A DNA stretch of 63,530 bases, filler included, from Candidatus Tectimicrobiota bacterium (GCA_016193065.1; 9 parts of 9 records of this genome joined end to end with filler, not necessarily neighbours in it), one strand, 5' to 3'. Positions 1-9,934 are shown, numbered from the whole stretch's first letter. A program made the numbers and translations. Notes: a model not told the origin generated them from the letters alone.

Positions 1-1
1 A

Positions 2-139
2 TTGCAACGTCTGATCCGTGACATTCGAATTATTGAAGTGGCAATGGGCGATGGTGTCAAACAGGTATATGAAAATGAACGGTCGCTTATTCACAAACTG
101 CGCCGTATCAAACGGGAAATTAATATAGATGGTTTTTAG
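2..139 (+). CDS. N-acetylneuraminate synthase (NeuB) family protein, C-terminal end (partial, window edge)
   Basis: Frame from nt 2 reads LQRLIRDIRIIEVAMGDGVKQVYENERSLIHKLRR...GF* (TAG 137-139), matching the 'RDIRxIExAxGDGVKxVYExE...KLRR' tail of short NeuB proteins. Not in the ORF track. Confidence 0.75.
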   Translation: MQRLIRDIRIIEVAMGDGVKQVYENERSLIHKLRRIKREINIDGF

Positions 140-405
140 AAGAGACTTACCATCAGATTTTTATTTCCCTTCCGGTGCGACCGCTCCACTGGTGGCAGAG
201 CTGGAGGAGAGAATATACGGATCCGAGTACTTTGAAGAGTTGTATCCATTTTTGGCTACTATTAAGACCTGCTTTCACAAGGGCGGGGATGGGTCTCCTA
301 ACCCGGATTATTCACGAACGATGAAACAAAACAGCCACCGAGTCCCTCAAACGTGCTATAGAAGCGGTGTTGAAACATTTCTATGCACACTCGCGAGGAG
401 GCTCG

Positions 406-1779
406 ATGGCTACAGACTGTATACCCCAACTGACCTTCCGATTCCAGGAAAATTCCAAGCCCGTGGTGGCCACCTTCGACATGGCTCACGCCAGTTCGGA
501 TGGAGGGGCCGTCTTGCTCAAAAGCTTGGACGCCCGGCTGAAGCTGACCGAGCAGATGGCCTCGTGCCTGACCGACCAGCGACAGCCCGGCAAAGTTCAG
601 CATGAGCTCTTGGAACTCGTTCGGCAACGCGTCTTTGGACTCGCCTGTGGGTATCCCGACGGCAACGACGCCGCCCGCCTGGCCGACGATCCGATCCACA
701 AGCTCTTGGTGGGGCGCGATCCTCTGAGCGGTCCCGCGCTGGCCTCCCAACCCACGCTGTCGCGCTTCGAGAACCAGATGGGCCGCAAGGATCTCTACCG
801 GTTGAGCCTGGCTCTGGCGGATCGGGTGATCGTGCACCATCGGCGGCGCCTGAAGGGCAAAGCCCGGCGGATCACCATCGACCTGGATCCGACCGACGAC
901 CCCACTCATGGCCAGCAGGAGTTCACCTTCTTCAACGGCCACTACGACACCTGGTGTTATCTGCCCGTGGTGGCCACGGTGAGCTTCGACAAAGAGCCCG
1001 AGCAGTATCTGGTGGGCGTGGTCCTGCGGCCCGGCAATGCCTCGGCCAAGCAGGGAGCCATCGGGATCTTGCGGCGGCTGCTCTCCAAGCTGCGGACGGC
1101 TTTCCCCCGGGCCCGACTGCGGGTGCGCCTGGACGGAGGGTTTCAGGACAATGGGATCATGGATTTTCTGGAGGCCGAAGGGGTCGAGTACTTGATGGCG
1201 CTGGCCAGCAATGCGCGCCTGGAGAAGCGCGCCCGGCGGCTTTTGGGCACGGCCCGTCGGCTCTCGCGGGAGACAGGCCAAAGCGCCCAGCTCTACGGCG
1301 AGACCCGCTACGCGGCCCAGAAGTGGTCCCACAAACGGCGAGTCATCCTGAAGGCCGAGGTGGTCCGGCATCCGGGCCGCGACCCCCGGGACAATCCCCG
1401 CTTCGTGGTCACCAACCTGCCCTACAAACCCGAGACGGTATATGGGATCTACCGCCAGCGGGGGGATGCGGAGAACCGGTACAAAGAGCTGCATGCCGGG
1501 CTGGAGCTGGACCGCACGAGTTGTCATCGCTTCCTGGCCAATCAGTTCCGGGTTCTGCTCACGGCAATGGCCTATGTTCTCCTGCAGGAGCTGCGGCGGC
1601 AGGCCCGGGGGACGGACTGCGCCGACGCTCAGGTCAGTACCCTGCGCGAGCGCCTGTTCAAGCTCGCCGTCTGGGTCGAGCGCTCGGTGCGGCGCATCGT
1701 CCTGCATCTGCCGGTCTCCTTTCCCTGGCTGCGCAGCTGGCGGCAGATTGCCTGTGCCGTGGGAGCTTCTCCCGGATAA
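406..1779 (+). CDS. IS1380-family DDE transposase
   Basis: Motifs SSDGGAVLL, LASQPTLSRFEN, IDLDPTDDPTHGQQE, LRPGNA, RLDGGF, YRQRGDAENRYKE. GGAGG RBS before ATG 406. Confidence 0.92.
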   Translation: MATDCIPQLTFRFQENSKPVVATFDMAHASSDGGAVLLKSLDARLKLTEQMASCLTDQRQPGKVQHELLELVRQRVFGLACGYPDGNDAARLADDPIHKLLVGRDPLSGPALASQPTLSRFENQMGRKDLYRLSLALADRVIVHHRRRLKGKARRITIDLDPTDDPTHGQQEFTFFNGHYDTWCYLPVVATVSFDKEPEQYLVGVVLRPGNASAKQGAIGILRRLLSKLRTAFPRARLRVRLDGGFQDNGIMDFLEAEGVEYLMALASNARLEKRARRLLGTARRLSRETGQSAQLYGETRYAAQKWSHKRRVILKAEVVRHPGRDPRDNPRFVVTNLPYKPETVYGIYRQRGDAENRYKELHAGLELDRTSCHRFLANQFRVLLTAMAYVLLQELRRQARGTDCADAQVSTLRERLFKLAVWVERSVRRIVLHLPVSFPWLRSWRQIACAVGASPG

Positions 1780-1980
1780 GCCCGCAGCCCCTCCCAGTGT
1801 TCCGAGAAAAAAGCAGGGCAGCAGTGTCTCTGCCGTCGGCGTCGTTGTGTCTCTGCCGAGAATGTCCCCTTAGCAACGAGGCACAACAGGTCGACTCTGA
1901 GCCTCGAAGAGAGGGAGCACCCGGCTTTGTGGTGTTATTACAGCCATCTGGGTGTGCGACAAATTTGTGGATCCCAGGGG

Positions 1981-3282
1981 CTAGCCGATGGAGCGGGCCT
2001 CCCAGAACTCCTCCCAGCGGTTGCTGAGTTGGCAGCAACGCAGAGCGAGGATGGCGTTGGCACCCCGGACAGTCCACCGCATGCCTGATTGCTTGAGCCG
2101 GTGCCCGACAATGGTCTTGCACCCCGCCTCGACAACGCCCGATCCGACGAACAAGCCCTGGCTCCGGAAGCGGGCATAGCGCATCCGTTCCGCGTTGGTC
2201 TGGAAGTAATCGATCGCCTTGCGGACCTCCTCCTTGGCCTTCTCCTCTCGAGGTCGTAGACGGCGCATGGAGGCGACCACGGCCTCGACCTCCCCGGCGT
2301 CCAGTTGCTTGCAGCGGGCCGCCGCCCATTCCTTGGACTCGGCGCTGGCCGCTCCGTAGACGATCTTGCTCAGCGTGGCCAAGTGCTCCCGGGCGTGGTA
2401 GAGGTCGACGATCTGGATCGCCCCGTGGAAGTGCTCGTCGGCGATCGCCCAGATCCACGGCGCCCCATCTCCCAGCACGATCACCTTCTCAGCCCGCGTG
2501 AGGCCCCGCCGCACCGCCTCGGCGTAGAGGCGGCAGCCGAACAACTCGGCCGTCTCGATGGCCCCGACGTAGGTGGTAGACCCCTCGTCGCGCACCGGAT
2601 GCCCCTTCTCGTCGAGCCTCGTCTGGGTGAAGACGCATCCGAGTTTGGCCTCGCGGGTCTTGGCCTTGCCGCTTTCGTCCTTGCCCGGGCGCCCTTCGGT
2701 CTCCTGCGGGACCATCGGCACCCCCGTCCCGTCGAGGGCAATGTACAGCTTCGCTACCGACCTGAGCGGCACCACCTTGCCCGACAGAGCCAGGGCCTGC
2801 TCCCCTTGGGAGATCCTCTCCACCTGTGCGCCGAGGGCTTCCGAGAGTCGCTCTACGGCCTTGGTTTGGACCACGATGCCCGCCAACTCCTCCAGGTCTT
2901 CCCGTCCTTCCTCGAAGGGTTCCTTGGCGCCGACGCGGCCCATCATGCGACGCACGCCGGGACTGAAGGACGTTCCCACAATGTCCAGATCTTGATCCTT
3001 GGGAATGATCCCCGCTTGGCACCCCTCACAGCGGTAGTAGGCCCGTTGGACTTCCACAGCAGACAACACCGTCGTGAGCCGCTTGCTACGGTAGTCGACA
3101 AACTGGGCTTGGTGACCTTGGCCACAGTCGATTCGTGCACCGCGATGGCCTCCAGCGTCGGAGTTGATCAGTTTCTCCAACAAGATGCCACCCATCTGGT
3201 GCATGGACGAGCGAATCGCCCGCTCGAGGGCTTCTAAATCCAACTGCCCCAAGGCCTCCCGATCCCTCAGGGCCCGGGTCAC
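1981..3282 (-). CDS. ISKra4-family transposase (probably the 3' part of a -1 frameshift fusion)
   Basis: LYIALDGTGVPM, VLGDGAPWIW, IVDLYHAREHL, GSGVVEAGCK, RLKQSGMRW motifs. Confidence 0.88.
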   Translation of the reverse strand: MTRALRDREALGQLDLEALERAIRSSMHQMGGILLEKLINSDAGGHRGARIDCGQGHQAQFVDYRSKRLTTVLSAVEVQRAYYRCEGCQAGIIPKDQDLDIVGTSFSPGVRRMMGRVGAKEPFEEGREDLEELAGIVVQTKAVERLSEALGAQVERISQGEQALALSGKVVPLRSVAKLYIALDGTGVPMVPQETEGRPGKDESGKAKTREAKLGCVFTQTRLDEKGHPVRDEGSTTYVGAIETAELFGCRLYAEAVRRGLTRAEKVIVLGDGAPWIWAIADEHFHGAIQIVDLYHAREHLATLSKIVYGAASAESKEWAAARCKQLDAGEVEAVVASMRRLRPREEKAKEEVRKAIDYFQTNAERMRYARFRSQGLFVGSGVVEAGCKTIVGHRLKQSGMRWTVRGANAILALRCCQLSNRWEEFWEARSIG

Positions 3283-3689
3283 GAGAGCGTCGATTTCTTG
3301 CCTGATTTCCTCCCCGAAGGAGGCCGCGAGGTTTTTTTTACCTCCGGGCCTGCCGCTGGCACGGACCGCAGTTCACAAATCTCTTCATTGATCTCGATGA
3401 GTCGGTGGCTTAACTCTTGGAATCGGTGAAAAGTCTCTACCTCCCGTCTCAGCTTGGTCAGGGCAGGGCCGGAGCGAAACTGGCGGGTCTGGGTCTTCCC
3501 CTGCACCTTGCGGGTAAAGGTGAAATAGGGCCCATGTCCCGGGTGGCCCGGTTCCTTGCAACAACAGGTAGACTTCCCACACGTCAGATACTGTTCCACG
3601 ATGCTCCCTCGTCGCATATCCCCCAAGGCTTCAATCTCCCTTAAGGTCTGAGCCCGTTGCCGCTCTAAGGTCTCCTGGGTGTGGGCCAT
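3279..3689 (-). CDS. IS accessory protein (DUF6788-like, Cys/His-rich)
   Basis: MRRGSI...CGKSTCCC...GHGPYFTFTRKVQGKTQT. AGGAGG RBS. Lies inside the IS TIRs. Confidence 0.8.
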   Translation of the reverse strand: MAHTQETLERQRAQTLREIEALGDMRRGSIVEQYLTCGKSTCCCKEPGHPGHGPYFTFTRKVQGKTQTRQFRSGPALTKLRREVETFHRFQELSHRLIEINEEICELRSVPAAGPEVKKTSRPPSGRKSGKKSTLS

Positions 3690-4096
3690 AGAATCCTCCT
3701 TTATCTTAAAGTCTTAATACTCTAGGATTCTACGGCAACCCAACTCTTTTGTCAACTACCCACAAATTTGTCGCACACCCCAGCCATCTGACTCCCTTGC
3801 ATGGGCGTTCATGAATAATGCAGGCTAGCGGATTTGGACTTGCCTCTGCGAACGGAATGAAATGGGGGAGGGATCCCGCACCATAAGAGAAAGAAATCTA
3901 TCTCGGTATTTTTCTCGCTTTAGAGATGCTCCGATATGACGATAAATAACTCTCGGAAATAGAAGGTGATACAAGAAGAATACAACTTGAGTTCCACTAA
4001 AACTGAGCGAGACAAAAGATGAGCCATTCTCAAAGGTAGGCTTTTTCCATTTGAGGAGAGATCAAGGCAGGGTTGTCGTTGAAACACGAGACCGTT

Positions 4097-4555
4097 ATGA
4101 GGAAGGACAGTCTGAATCGCCTGGTGGCTGGCAAAATCCAGCCCTCCAGAAAACGCATCGTTGAGTGGCCCGAAGGGATTCGCTTTCTCATTTCCCACGA
4201 GAACAAGACTGTGCGGAAGTTCATTAAGGGCTGTCTTAAAGGTATGGGGTGTCCTACCCTCCTTGAATTGGTTCCTACCGGAGGAAATATCTTGATTACA
4301 GTGGTTCAAGAGCAGCCTCACGTGTTGATCTGCAGCGGCGAGACTCCAGAGATGAAGGACTGGAGCCTGGTGAGATCGATCCGCAATCACCCGGAGGTCA
4401 GCAAGACGAAAGTCATCGTTGTCAGCGGGGATTCAGCCAGAGAGTCCATTCTCGGAGCGGTGAAGGCCGGGGTCGATGACTATGTCATTCTTCCGTTTTC
4501 CGCCTCTAACTTTGAGGAACGGGTTTGGGTCTTATTTGCCAGAGGATTGGAGTGA
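4097..4555 (+). CDS. Degenerate CheY-like receiver protein (pseudo-receiver) 1
   Basis: Receiver-fold pattern (ESILGAVKAGVDDYVILPFS). Start set by alignment with the 152-aa paralog at 5431. Confidence 0.75.
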   Translation: MRKDSLNRLVAGKIQPSRKRIVEWPEGIRFLISHENKTVRKFIKGCLKGMGCPTLLELVPTGGNILITVVQEQPHVLICSGETPEMKDWSLVRSIRNHPEVSKTKVIVVSGDSARESILGAVKAGVDDYVILPFSASNFEERVWVLFARGLE

Positions 4556-4791
4556 CATGGCGGGGGAGTTTTTCGAGCTGGGGCTCAGCGAAACTGGGGT
4601 TCGCCGCTCTCATCGCCAGCCCGTGAAAATGGGCAAACCGGATACCGGAAAGTAACATTTTGTGAACCCCAGGGGGCGGATTGGGTCGGCCGGATAAAGC
4701 CCCCCCATGGTTCCCCCCTTTAGAGGCGCTGCGGCGTGACGATAAGTATCTCTGGAAAACAAGATGTTATGGAGAAAGCGGTCTGAATTCT

Positions 4792-5262
4792 ATGAAAACT
4801 GATCTGAAGGAGAAAGCGGGAGCGCCGGCTGACTTTATTCCCTCCAAAGCCGTCCGGCCCGTCCCCAAAAATCTTCGCTTTCTTGTGGCTTACGAGAATC
4901 CCAGTGTTTGCCGGACTATCGCCTCCACTCTGAAAGACATGGGGTTTTCATACATCGAGGTGCGGGGCGAAACGGAAAACCTCTACAAGATCCTCAAGGC
5001 GGACGGGATCTCCTGCCTAATCTGCGGGACTAAGGCCATGGAACGAAATCGACAAGAACTCTTCAGGATGATCCGGTCCGACGAAGACTTGAAACATCTC
5101 ATCCTGGTCGTTGTCGACGGAGGCTCGAAAAAAGAAAAAGTTCTGGAGGCCCCTCCAGCCGGCCTTGACGTCTACATCTCGGTTCCGTTTTCTATCCGAC
5201 ACTTCGAAGAGAGGATTCGTAAGATCCTGGTGGAAAAATCCCCGGGAAACCGGGCAGCATAG
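4792..5262 (+). CDS. Degenerate CheY-like receiver protein 2
   Basis: LRFLVAYEN...IRSDEDLKHL...AGLDVYISVPFS; CheY-like spacing. Confidence 0.7.
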   Translation: MKTDLKEKAGAPADFIPSKAVRPVPKNLRFLVAYENPSVCRTIASTLKDMGFSYIEVRGETENLYKILKADGISCLICGTKAMERNRQELFRMIRSDEDLKHLILVVVDGGSKKEKVLEAPPAGLDVYISVPFSIRHFEERIRKILVEKSPGNRAA

Positions 5263-5430
5263 TTGAGCCTGCGGTGGAACAGAAGAAAGATCATCCGTGC
5301 ATGGTGCTTGGGAACTGGAATCCTGAATTTGTGCGGGGATGAGAACGTTAGCGGCCGGAGATCTTCATGTAAAGACTCGGCGACACGGATGAGGCACCGG
5401 TTTCGGTCGCCACTGTAAAGTGAGGGCTTT

Positions 5431-5889
5431 ATGATCAAGGATGGTTTTAGTTCCCTGGTGGCTGGGAGAGCTCAGCCCCGAAAAAACTCCACCGTTCGCT
5501 TGCCTGAAAAGATTCGCTTTCTCATCGCTCACGAGAACCCCTCTGTGCGGAAGCTCATTCGGGGATGTCTGAAGAATATGGGGTTCACCACGGTTCTTGA
5601 TCTGACTCCTACTGGAAACATCTTTCGTACGCTCGTCGCAGAAAAAGCCCACGTCCTGATCTGCAACGGGGAAACCCCCGAGATGAAGGAATGGGAGCTG
5701 GTGAAACTGCTTCGTAACCATCCGGAGGTCTGTAAGACGAAGGTCGTCATTGTCAGCGGGAATTCCGACAAGGAATCAATTCTGGGAGCGGTGCGGGCCG
5801 GCGTCGATGACTATCTGATAATTCCGTTCTCAGCCTCCGCCTTGGAGGAGAGGATCCGAGCCTTGTTCGCCGTCAAAGCCGGCGGTTAG
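5431..5889 (+). CDS. Degenerate CheY-like receiver protein 3
   Basis: Close paralog of 4097-4555 (IRFLIAHEN, VLICNGETPEM, AVRAGVDDYLIIPFS). Confidence 0.75.
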   Translation: MIKDGFSSLVAGRAQPRKNSTVRLPEKIRFLIAHENPSVRKLIRGCLKNMGFTTVLDLTPTGNIFRTLVAEKAHVLICNGETPEMKEWELVKLLRNHPEVCKTKVVIVSGNSDKESILGAVRAGVDDYLIIPFSASALEERIRALFAVKAGG

Positions 5890-5968
5890 AGAATCGCCCG
5901 GGCTAGCTTGCCAGGGCGGTGCTCTGTTTCTCTGGCGTGGATCCGCGCGTGAACTCCCTCCGCCAGGC

Positions 5969-6865
5969 TTAGCGACCTGGCAAGCCCAGGGCCTCGATGA
6001 TCCGGCTCGGAGCAGCCGCCTTGTTGAGGACGTAGAAGTGCAGGCCGGGTGCGCCGGCGTCAAGTAGCTCCCGGCATTGCCGGATCGCGTGGGCGATGCC
6101 CACCTCCATCTCTGCCTCAGGATCGTCCCGCTTGGCCTCCAGCTTGGCCACCAGTGCTGGCGGAAGCTTCGCGCCGCACAGGGCGGTGATGCGCCGGATC
6201 TGGGCGTAGCTGATGATTGGCAGGATCCCGGGGACCAGGGGCACCTGGATGCCTGCCTCCCCGTATCGGCGGCGGAAGGCGAAGAAGTCTCGGTTCTCGT
6301 AGAAGAGCTGGGTGATCACCACGTCGGCACCGGCCTCGACCTTGCGCTTGAGATGAGCCAGATCCTCTTCTGGACTGGCGGCTTCCTGGTGGGTCTCCGG
6401 GTAGCCCGCCACGGCAATTCCGAAGTGGGGGAACTCCCGGCGGATGACAGTCACCAGCTCGTTGGCGTGTGCCGGTCCACCGTCCACCGGGGTGAAGTGA
6501 GACTCCCCGCGAGGGGGGTCGCCGCGCAGCGCGACGATATTCTCGATACCCTGGCTGGCGGCTTTTCCGAGCCAGGCGCGCAGGTCCTCGTGGGAGGAGC
6601 CGACACAGGTCAGGTGGGCTGCCGTACTGACTCCGAACCGTTTGCCAATGGCAACCGTCAGCTCGATGGTCTTTTCACGGGTGGAGCCGCCCGCACCATA
6701 GGTGCACGTGATGAACGACGGGCGGAAGGCCACCAGCGCTTTTACGGCCCCGAACAGTACGTCCTCTCCGGCCGGAGTTTTGGGCGGGAAAATCTCAAAG
6801 GACAGGCCGAACTTCCCTCTGCCGTAAGCCTCGCTGAACTTCATCGTTGGGAGCGCCGTATCCAA
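5969..6865 (-). CDS. metF: 5,10-methylenetetrahydrofolate reductase
   Basis: SFEIFPPKT, TYGAGGST, AHLTCVG, ALRGDPP, VAGYPETH, ITQLF, GLHFYVLN. Confidence 0.95.
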   Translation of the reverse strand: MDTALPTMKFSEAYGRGKFGLSFEIFPPKTPAGEDVLFGAVKALVAFRPSFITCTYGAGGSTREKTIELTVAIGKRFGVSTAAHLTCVGSSHEDLRAWLGKAASQGIENIVALRGDPPRGESHFTPVDGGPAHANELVTVIRREFPHFGIAVAGYPETHQEAASPEEDLAHLKRKVEAGADVVITQLFYENRDFFAFRRRYGEAGIQVPLVPGILPIISYAQIRRITALCGAKLPPALVAKLEAKRDDPEAEMEVGIAHAIRQCRELLDAGAPGLHFYVLNKAAAPSRIIEALGLPGR

Positions 6866-7051
6866 TGGTTGCTATTATCGCTCATGCAGTTCCGTCATTC
6901 ATGCTGTCCCGCAGTCCATGTCTCTGCTGGAACGGCCCCAGTATAGCAGACCTCCAGGACCTTCTGCACCGGAGTCAGGGCCGGAAAATCCCCAGGGGGG
7001 AAGGAGGTAACCTTAGCAAAGAGACCGTGAAAGCTGTAGACGAACCCCGGC

Positions 7052-8071
7052 TTAGCCGCCTAACGTGATCATCTCGATCTTCTGGCGGCGCTTGGGGTCG
7101 TAGCCGGTGGGGGAGAGCAGGGCCTCGAGACGCTCGTCCGAATATCGATCGCGCCTCTGTCTCCAGGTTGCAGCGATAACCTCGGCGAGGGTTTCGTCCG
7201 TCGCCCCGTTGCGCATCGGTGTCTTGAGATCGATGCCCTGTTGCGAGAAAAGGCAGGTCACGAATTTTCCGTCCGCGGTTAACCTGACCCGCGTACAACT
7301 TGAACAGAAGGGCTCGGTGACCGAAGCGATGACCCCGATGTCGCCGCTGCCGTCCATAAATTGGTAATCCACGGACGGCGCACTTCCCCGATTTCTGCCC
7401 ATTTCTCTCAAAGGAAAGCGAGTCTTAATTCTCTCGATGATCTCCTTTTTAGAGACCATCTTCTCGGAAGTCCAGTTGTTCGAGTTGCCCACATCCATGT
7501 ACTCGATAAATCGTATGGCAAAGCCGTTCTTCCTGGAGAAATCCACCAGATCGATGATTTCATCGTCGTTGACCCCCCGCTCGATCACCGCATTGATCTT
7601 GATGGGGTTTAGACCACAGCGCTGGGCGGTAAAAAGGCCCTCCAGTACCCTTGCCAGGTCTCCCCGCTTGGTGATTCTCTTGAACTTTTCAGGATCCAGC
7701 GTATCGATGCTCACGTTGATCCGCTTGAGTCCCGCGGATTTAAGCGCGGGGGCCTTTTCGGCGAGCACAGAACCGTTGGTCGTGAGGGAGAGATCGTTCA
7801 GGCCGTTCAGGGAGGAAAGCTGGCAGATGAGTTTTTCCAGGTCCCGGCGGACCAATGGTTCCCCGCCGGTGAGCCGGATCTTATCCACCCCTAACTGGAT
7901 GAAGAGGTTGGCAAGCCGGGTAATCTCTTCAAAGGTGAGGATTTCCTTCTTGTCGATCCACACGTACTCATCAAGAGGCATACAGTAAGTGCAACGAAAG
8001 TTACACCGATCCGTGACGGAGATTCGCAAATCCTTCACAGGCCGGTTGTAAAGATCGCGCACCTTGGCCAT
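7052..8071 (-). CDS. moaA: GTP 3',8-cyclase (radical SAM)
   Basis: LRISVTDRCNFRCTYCMP, RLTGGEPL, PFCSSCTRVRLTADG, C-terminal GG. Confidence 0.96.
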   Translation of the reverse strand: MAKVRDLYNRPVKDLRISVTDRCNFRCTYCMPLDEYVWIDKKEILTFEEITRLANLFIQLGVDKIRLTGGEPLVRRDLEKLICQLSSLNGLNDLSLTTNGSVLAEKAPALKSAGLKRINVSIDTLDPEKFKRITKRGDLARVLEGLFTAQRCGLNPIKINAVIERGVNDDEIIDLVDFSRKNGFAIRFIEYMDVGNSNNWTSEKMVSKKEIIERIKTRFPLREMGRNRGSAPSVDYQFMDGSGDIGVIASVTEPFCSSCTRVRLTADGKFVTCLFSQQGIDLKTPMRNGATDETLAEVIAATWRQRRDRYSDERLEALLSPTGYDPKRRQKIEMITLGG

Positions 8072-8081
8072 CGCTTTTCTC

Positions 8082-8408
8082 TTACAGCATTCCCAGTTCG
8101 AGCTTTGCCGCTTCGGATATCAAGGAGGGGTCCCAGGGCGGCTCGAAAACAATCTCGACCCTGGCGTCGCTGACTCCTGGTATGGCTCTCACTTTGGCTT
8201 CTACTTCCAGGGGAAGGTCTTCCGCCACTGGACAGTTGGGTGACGTCAGGGTCATCTGAATCTCTACTTTTCCCGAGGGATCCACCTTGACGTTGTAAAC
8301 CAGGCCCAGGTCATAGATATTAACCGGAATCTCAGGGTCAAAGCATGAGCGCAGAACTTCAATCACTTCCGCTTCGAGAACCAGTGAATTGATTGGCGTG
8401 TTTTCCAT
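8082..8408 (-). CDS. DUF59/SufT-like Fe-S cluster assembly protein
   Basis: DPEIPVNIYDLGLVY, MTLTSPNCP, PPWDP; lies downstream of sufSU. Confidence 0.9.
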   Translation of the reverse strand: MENTPINSLVLEAEVIEVLRSCFDPEIPVNIYDLGLVYNVKVDPSGKVEIQMTLTSPNCPVAEDLPLEVEAKVRAIPGVSDARVEIVFEPPWDPSLISEAAKLELGML

Positions 8409-8441
8409 TGGACCCTCCTGTGAATCTTTCGGGAACGGCCT

Positions 8442-8894
8442 CTATTCCGTCGAAATGGGCGTCTCTTTTCCTTCCAGAGCTGCATGAAGCGTGTGCCACG
8501 GCAGGCTGGCGCATTTGACCCGGATCGGGAACTCGCAGACTCCGCAAAAGACGGCAAGTTTTCCAAGCCCGGCAGGATCCGGGCACTTCCCCGGTTCGCC
8601 GGTGATCATCTTATGAAACTGCTCGAAAAGGGTTTGCGCTTCGGCCTTGGTTTTTCCTTTCACGCTGGTGGTCATCATGGAGGCCGAGGCCTTGGAAATC
8701 GCACAGCCCGCGCCTTCAAAGCTGATCTCCCGGATCACATCCCTTTCCAACTGGAGGTAGATGGTGAACTGATCTCCGCACAGCGGGTTATGGCCTTCCG
8801 CGGTCCGGTTTGCGCATTCCAGCTTCTGATAATTGCGGGGCTTCTTGCTGTGATCGAGTATGACCTGCTGGTAGAGCTCCCGGAGGTCTGACAT
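8442..8894 (-). CDS. sufU: SUF system NifU-family protein
   Basis: LYQQVILDH, NPLCGD, GCAISKASAS, RVKCASLPW. Confidence 0.93.
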   Translation of the reverse strand: MSDLRELYQQVILDHSKKPRNYQKLECANRTAEGHNPLCGDQFTIYLQLERDVIREISFEGAGCAISKASASMMTTSVKGKTKAEAQTLFEQFHKMITGEPGKCPDPAGLGKLAVFCGVCEFPIRVKCASLPWHTLHAALEGKETPISTE

Positions 8895-9934
8895 CAGGCG
8901 AACACCTCCTTGACCTTGTGGAGCCCTCTCACCAGGGCGTCGATCTCTTCCTTGGTGTTATAGAAGGCCAGAGAGGCCCGGGCGATGGCCGGTACTCCGT
9001 AGCGCTGCATGAGGGGCATGGCGCAGTGATGGCCCGCGCGTATTGCAACCCCCTCGTGATCCAGGATCGTGCCGATGTCGTGCGGGTGAATGCCATCCAG
9101 CACGAAAGACAGGACCCCGGCCTTCTCCTTGGCAGTGCCGATGATTTTCAGGCCCGGGATGGCGGAAAGCGCTTCCGTTGCGTAGGCGAGCAATTCCTGC
9201 TCGTAGGCGGCGATTCGTTCCATTCCGATTCCGTTCAGGTAGTCGATGGCCGCACCGAGCCCGATGCCGCCCGCGATATGGGGTGTTCCGGCCTCGAACT
9301 TGTACGGCAGCGCGTTGTAGAGGGTCTTCTCGAAGGTGACCGAGCTGATCATATCGCCGCCGCCCTGGTATGGGGGCATGTCTTCCAGCAAACCGGCCTT
9401 GCCGCAAAGGATGCCGATGCCGGTCGGGCCGAACAGCTTGTGACCGGAAAAGATGTAGAAATCGCAATTGAGCTCCCGGACATCAACCGCCAGATGGGGT
9501 ACCGCCTGGGCGCCATCGACCAGAACGGGAACGCCCCGGTCGTGGGCCATCTGGGTGATCTGCTTGACCGGGTTGATCGTGCCCAGGGCGTTCGATATGT
9601 GAACGATGGAGACCAGCTTTGTTCTTGGATTCAGCAGTTTCTCGTATTCATCGAGCAACAACTCGCCGGCGTCGTTGATAGGGATGACGCGCAAAACAGC
9701 ACCCTTTTCCTCGCACAACATCTGCCAGGGGACGATGTTGGAGTGATGCTCCATCACGGACAGGATGATTTCATCCTGCGCTTTGACGGCCGTCCTGCCG
9801 TAAGTCCGGGCGACGAGATTGATGCCCTCCGTAGCGCCGCGAACGAAGATGATTTCCCGGTCCTGCGCAGTGTTTAGAAACCGCCTCACCTTGGCGCGAG
9901 CGGCTTCATAGTCCTGGGTGGCCTTTTCGCTCAG
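8894..9934 (-). CDS. sufS: Cysteine desulfurase (5' end lost at contig edge)
   Basis: [31 protein letters not shown]. Confidence 0.94.
   Translation of the reverse strand: MSEKATQDYEAARAKVRRFLNTAQDREIIFVRGATEGINLVARTYGRTAVKAQDEIILSVMEHHSNIVPWQMLCEEKGAVLRVIPINDAGELLLDEYEKLLNPRTKLVSIVHISNALGTINPVKQITQMAHDRGVPVLVDGAQAVPHLAVDVRELNCDFYIFSGHKLFGPTGIGILCGKAGLLEDMPPYQGGGDMISSVTFEKTLYNALPYKFEAGTPHIAGGIGLGAAIDYLNGIGMERIAAYEQELLAYATEALSAIPGLKIIGTAKEKAGVLSFVLDGIHPHDIGTILDHEGVAIRAGHHCAMPLMQRYGVPAIARASLAFYNTKEEIDALVRGLHKVKEVFA

Larger units (their letters stand above)
1950..3780 (-). mobile_element. ISKra4-family (p-MULT) insertion sequence nested in the 3' non-coding part of IS1380
   Basis: Perfect 21-bp TIR GGGTGTGCGACAAATTTGTGG (1950-1970 / 3760-3780) and a 9-bp target duplication CAGCCATCT (1941-1949, 3781-3789). 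Confidence 0.92.
302..3824 (+). mobile_element. IS1380-family insertion sequence (about 1.68 kb once the nested element is removed)
   Basis: Imperfect 19-bp TIRs: CCCGGATTATTCACGAACG (302-320) and revcomp CCTGCATTATTCATGAACG (3806-3824). Flanks are CTAA / CTAG. Encodes an IS1380 transposase. Confidence 0.85.

Noticed and set aside
129-605. 158-aa ORF overlapping the neuB-like stop
   Set aside because: It runs into the IS1380 end at 302. The first 57 codons may be a disrupted gene, but I recognise no family.
298-1707. Long antisense and alternate-frame ORFs (e.g. 298-1707, 2305-3237, 55755-57308, 59864-61201, 61479-62789)
   Set aside because: Shadows of well-supported genes in GC-rich DNA; no motifs.
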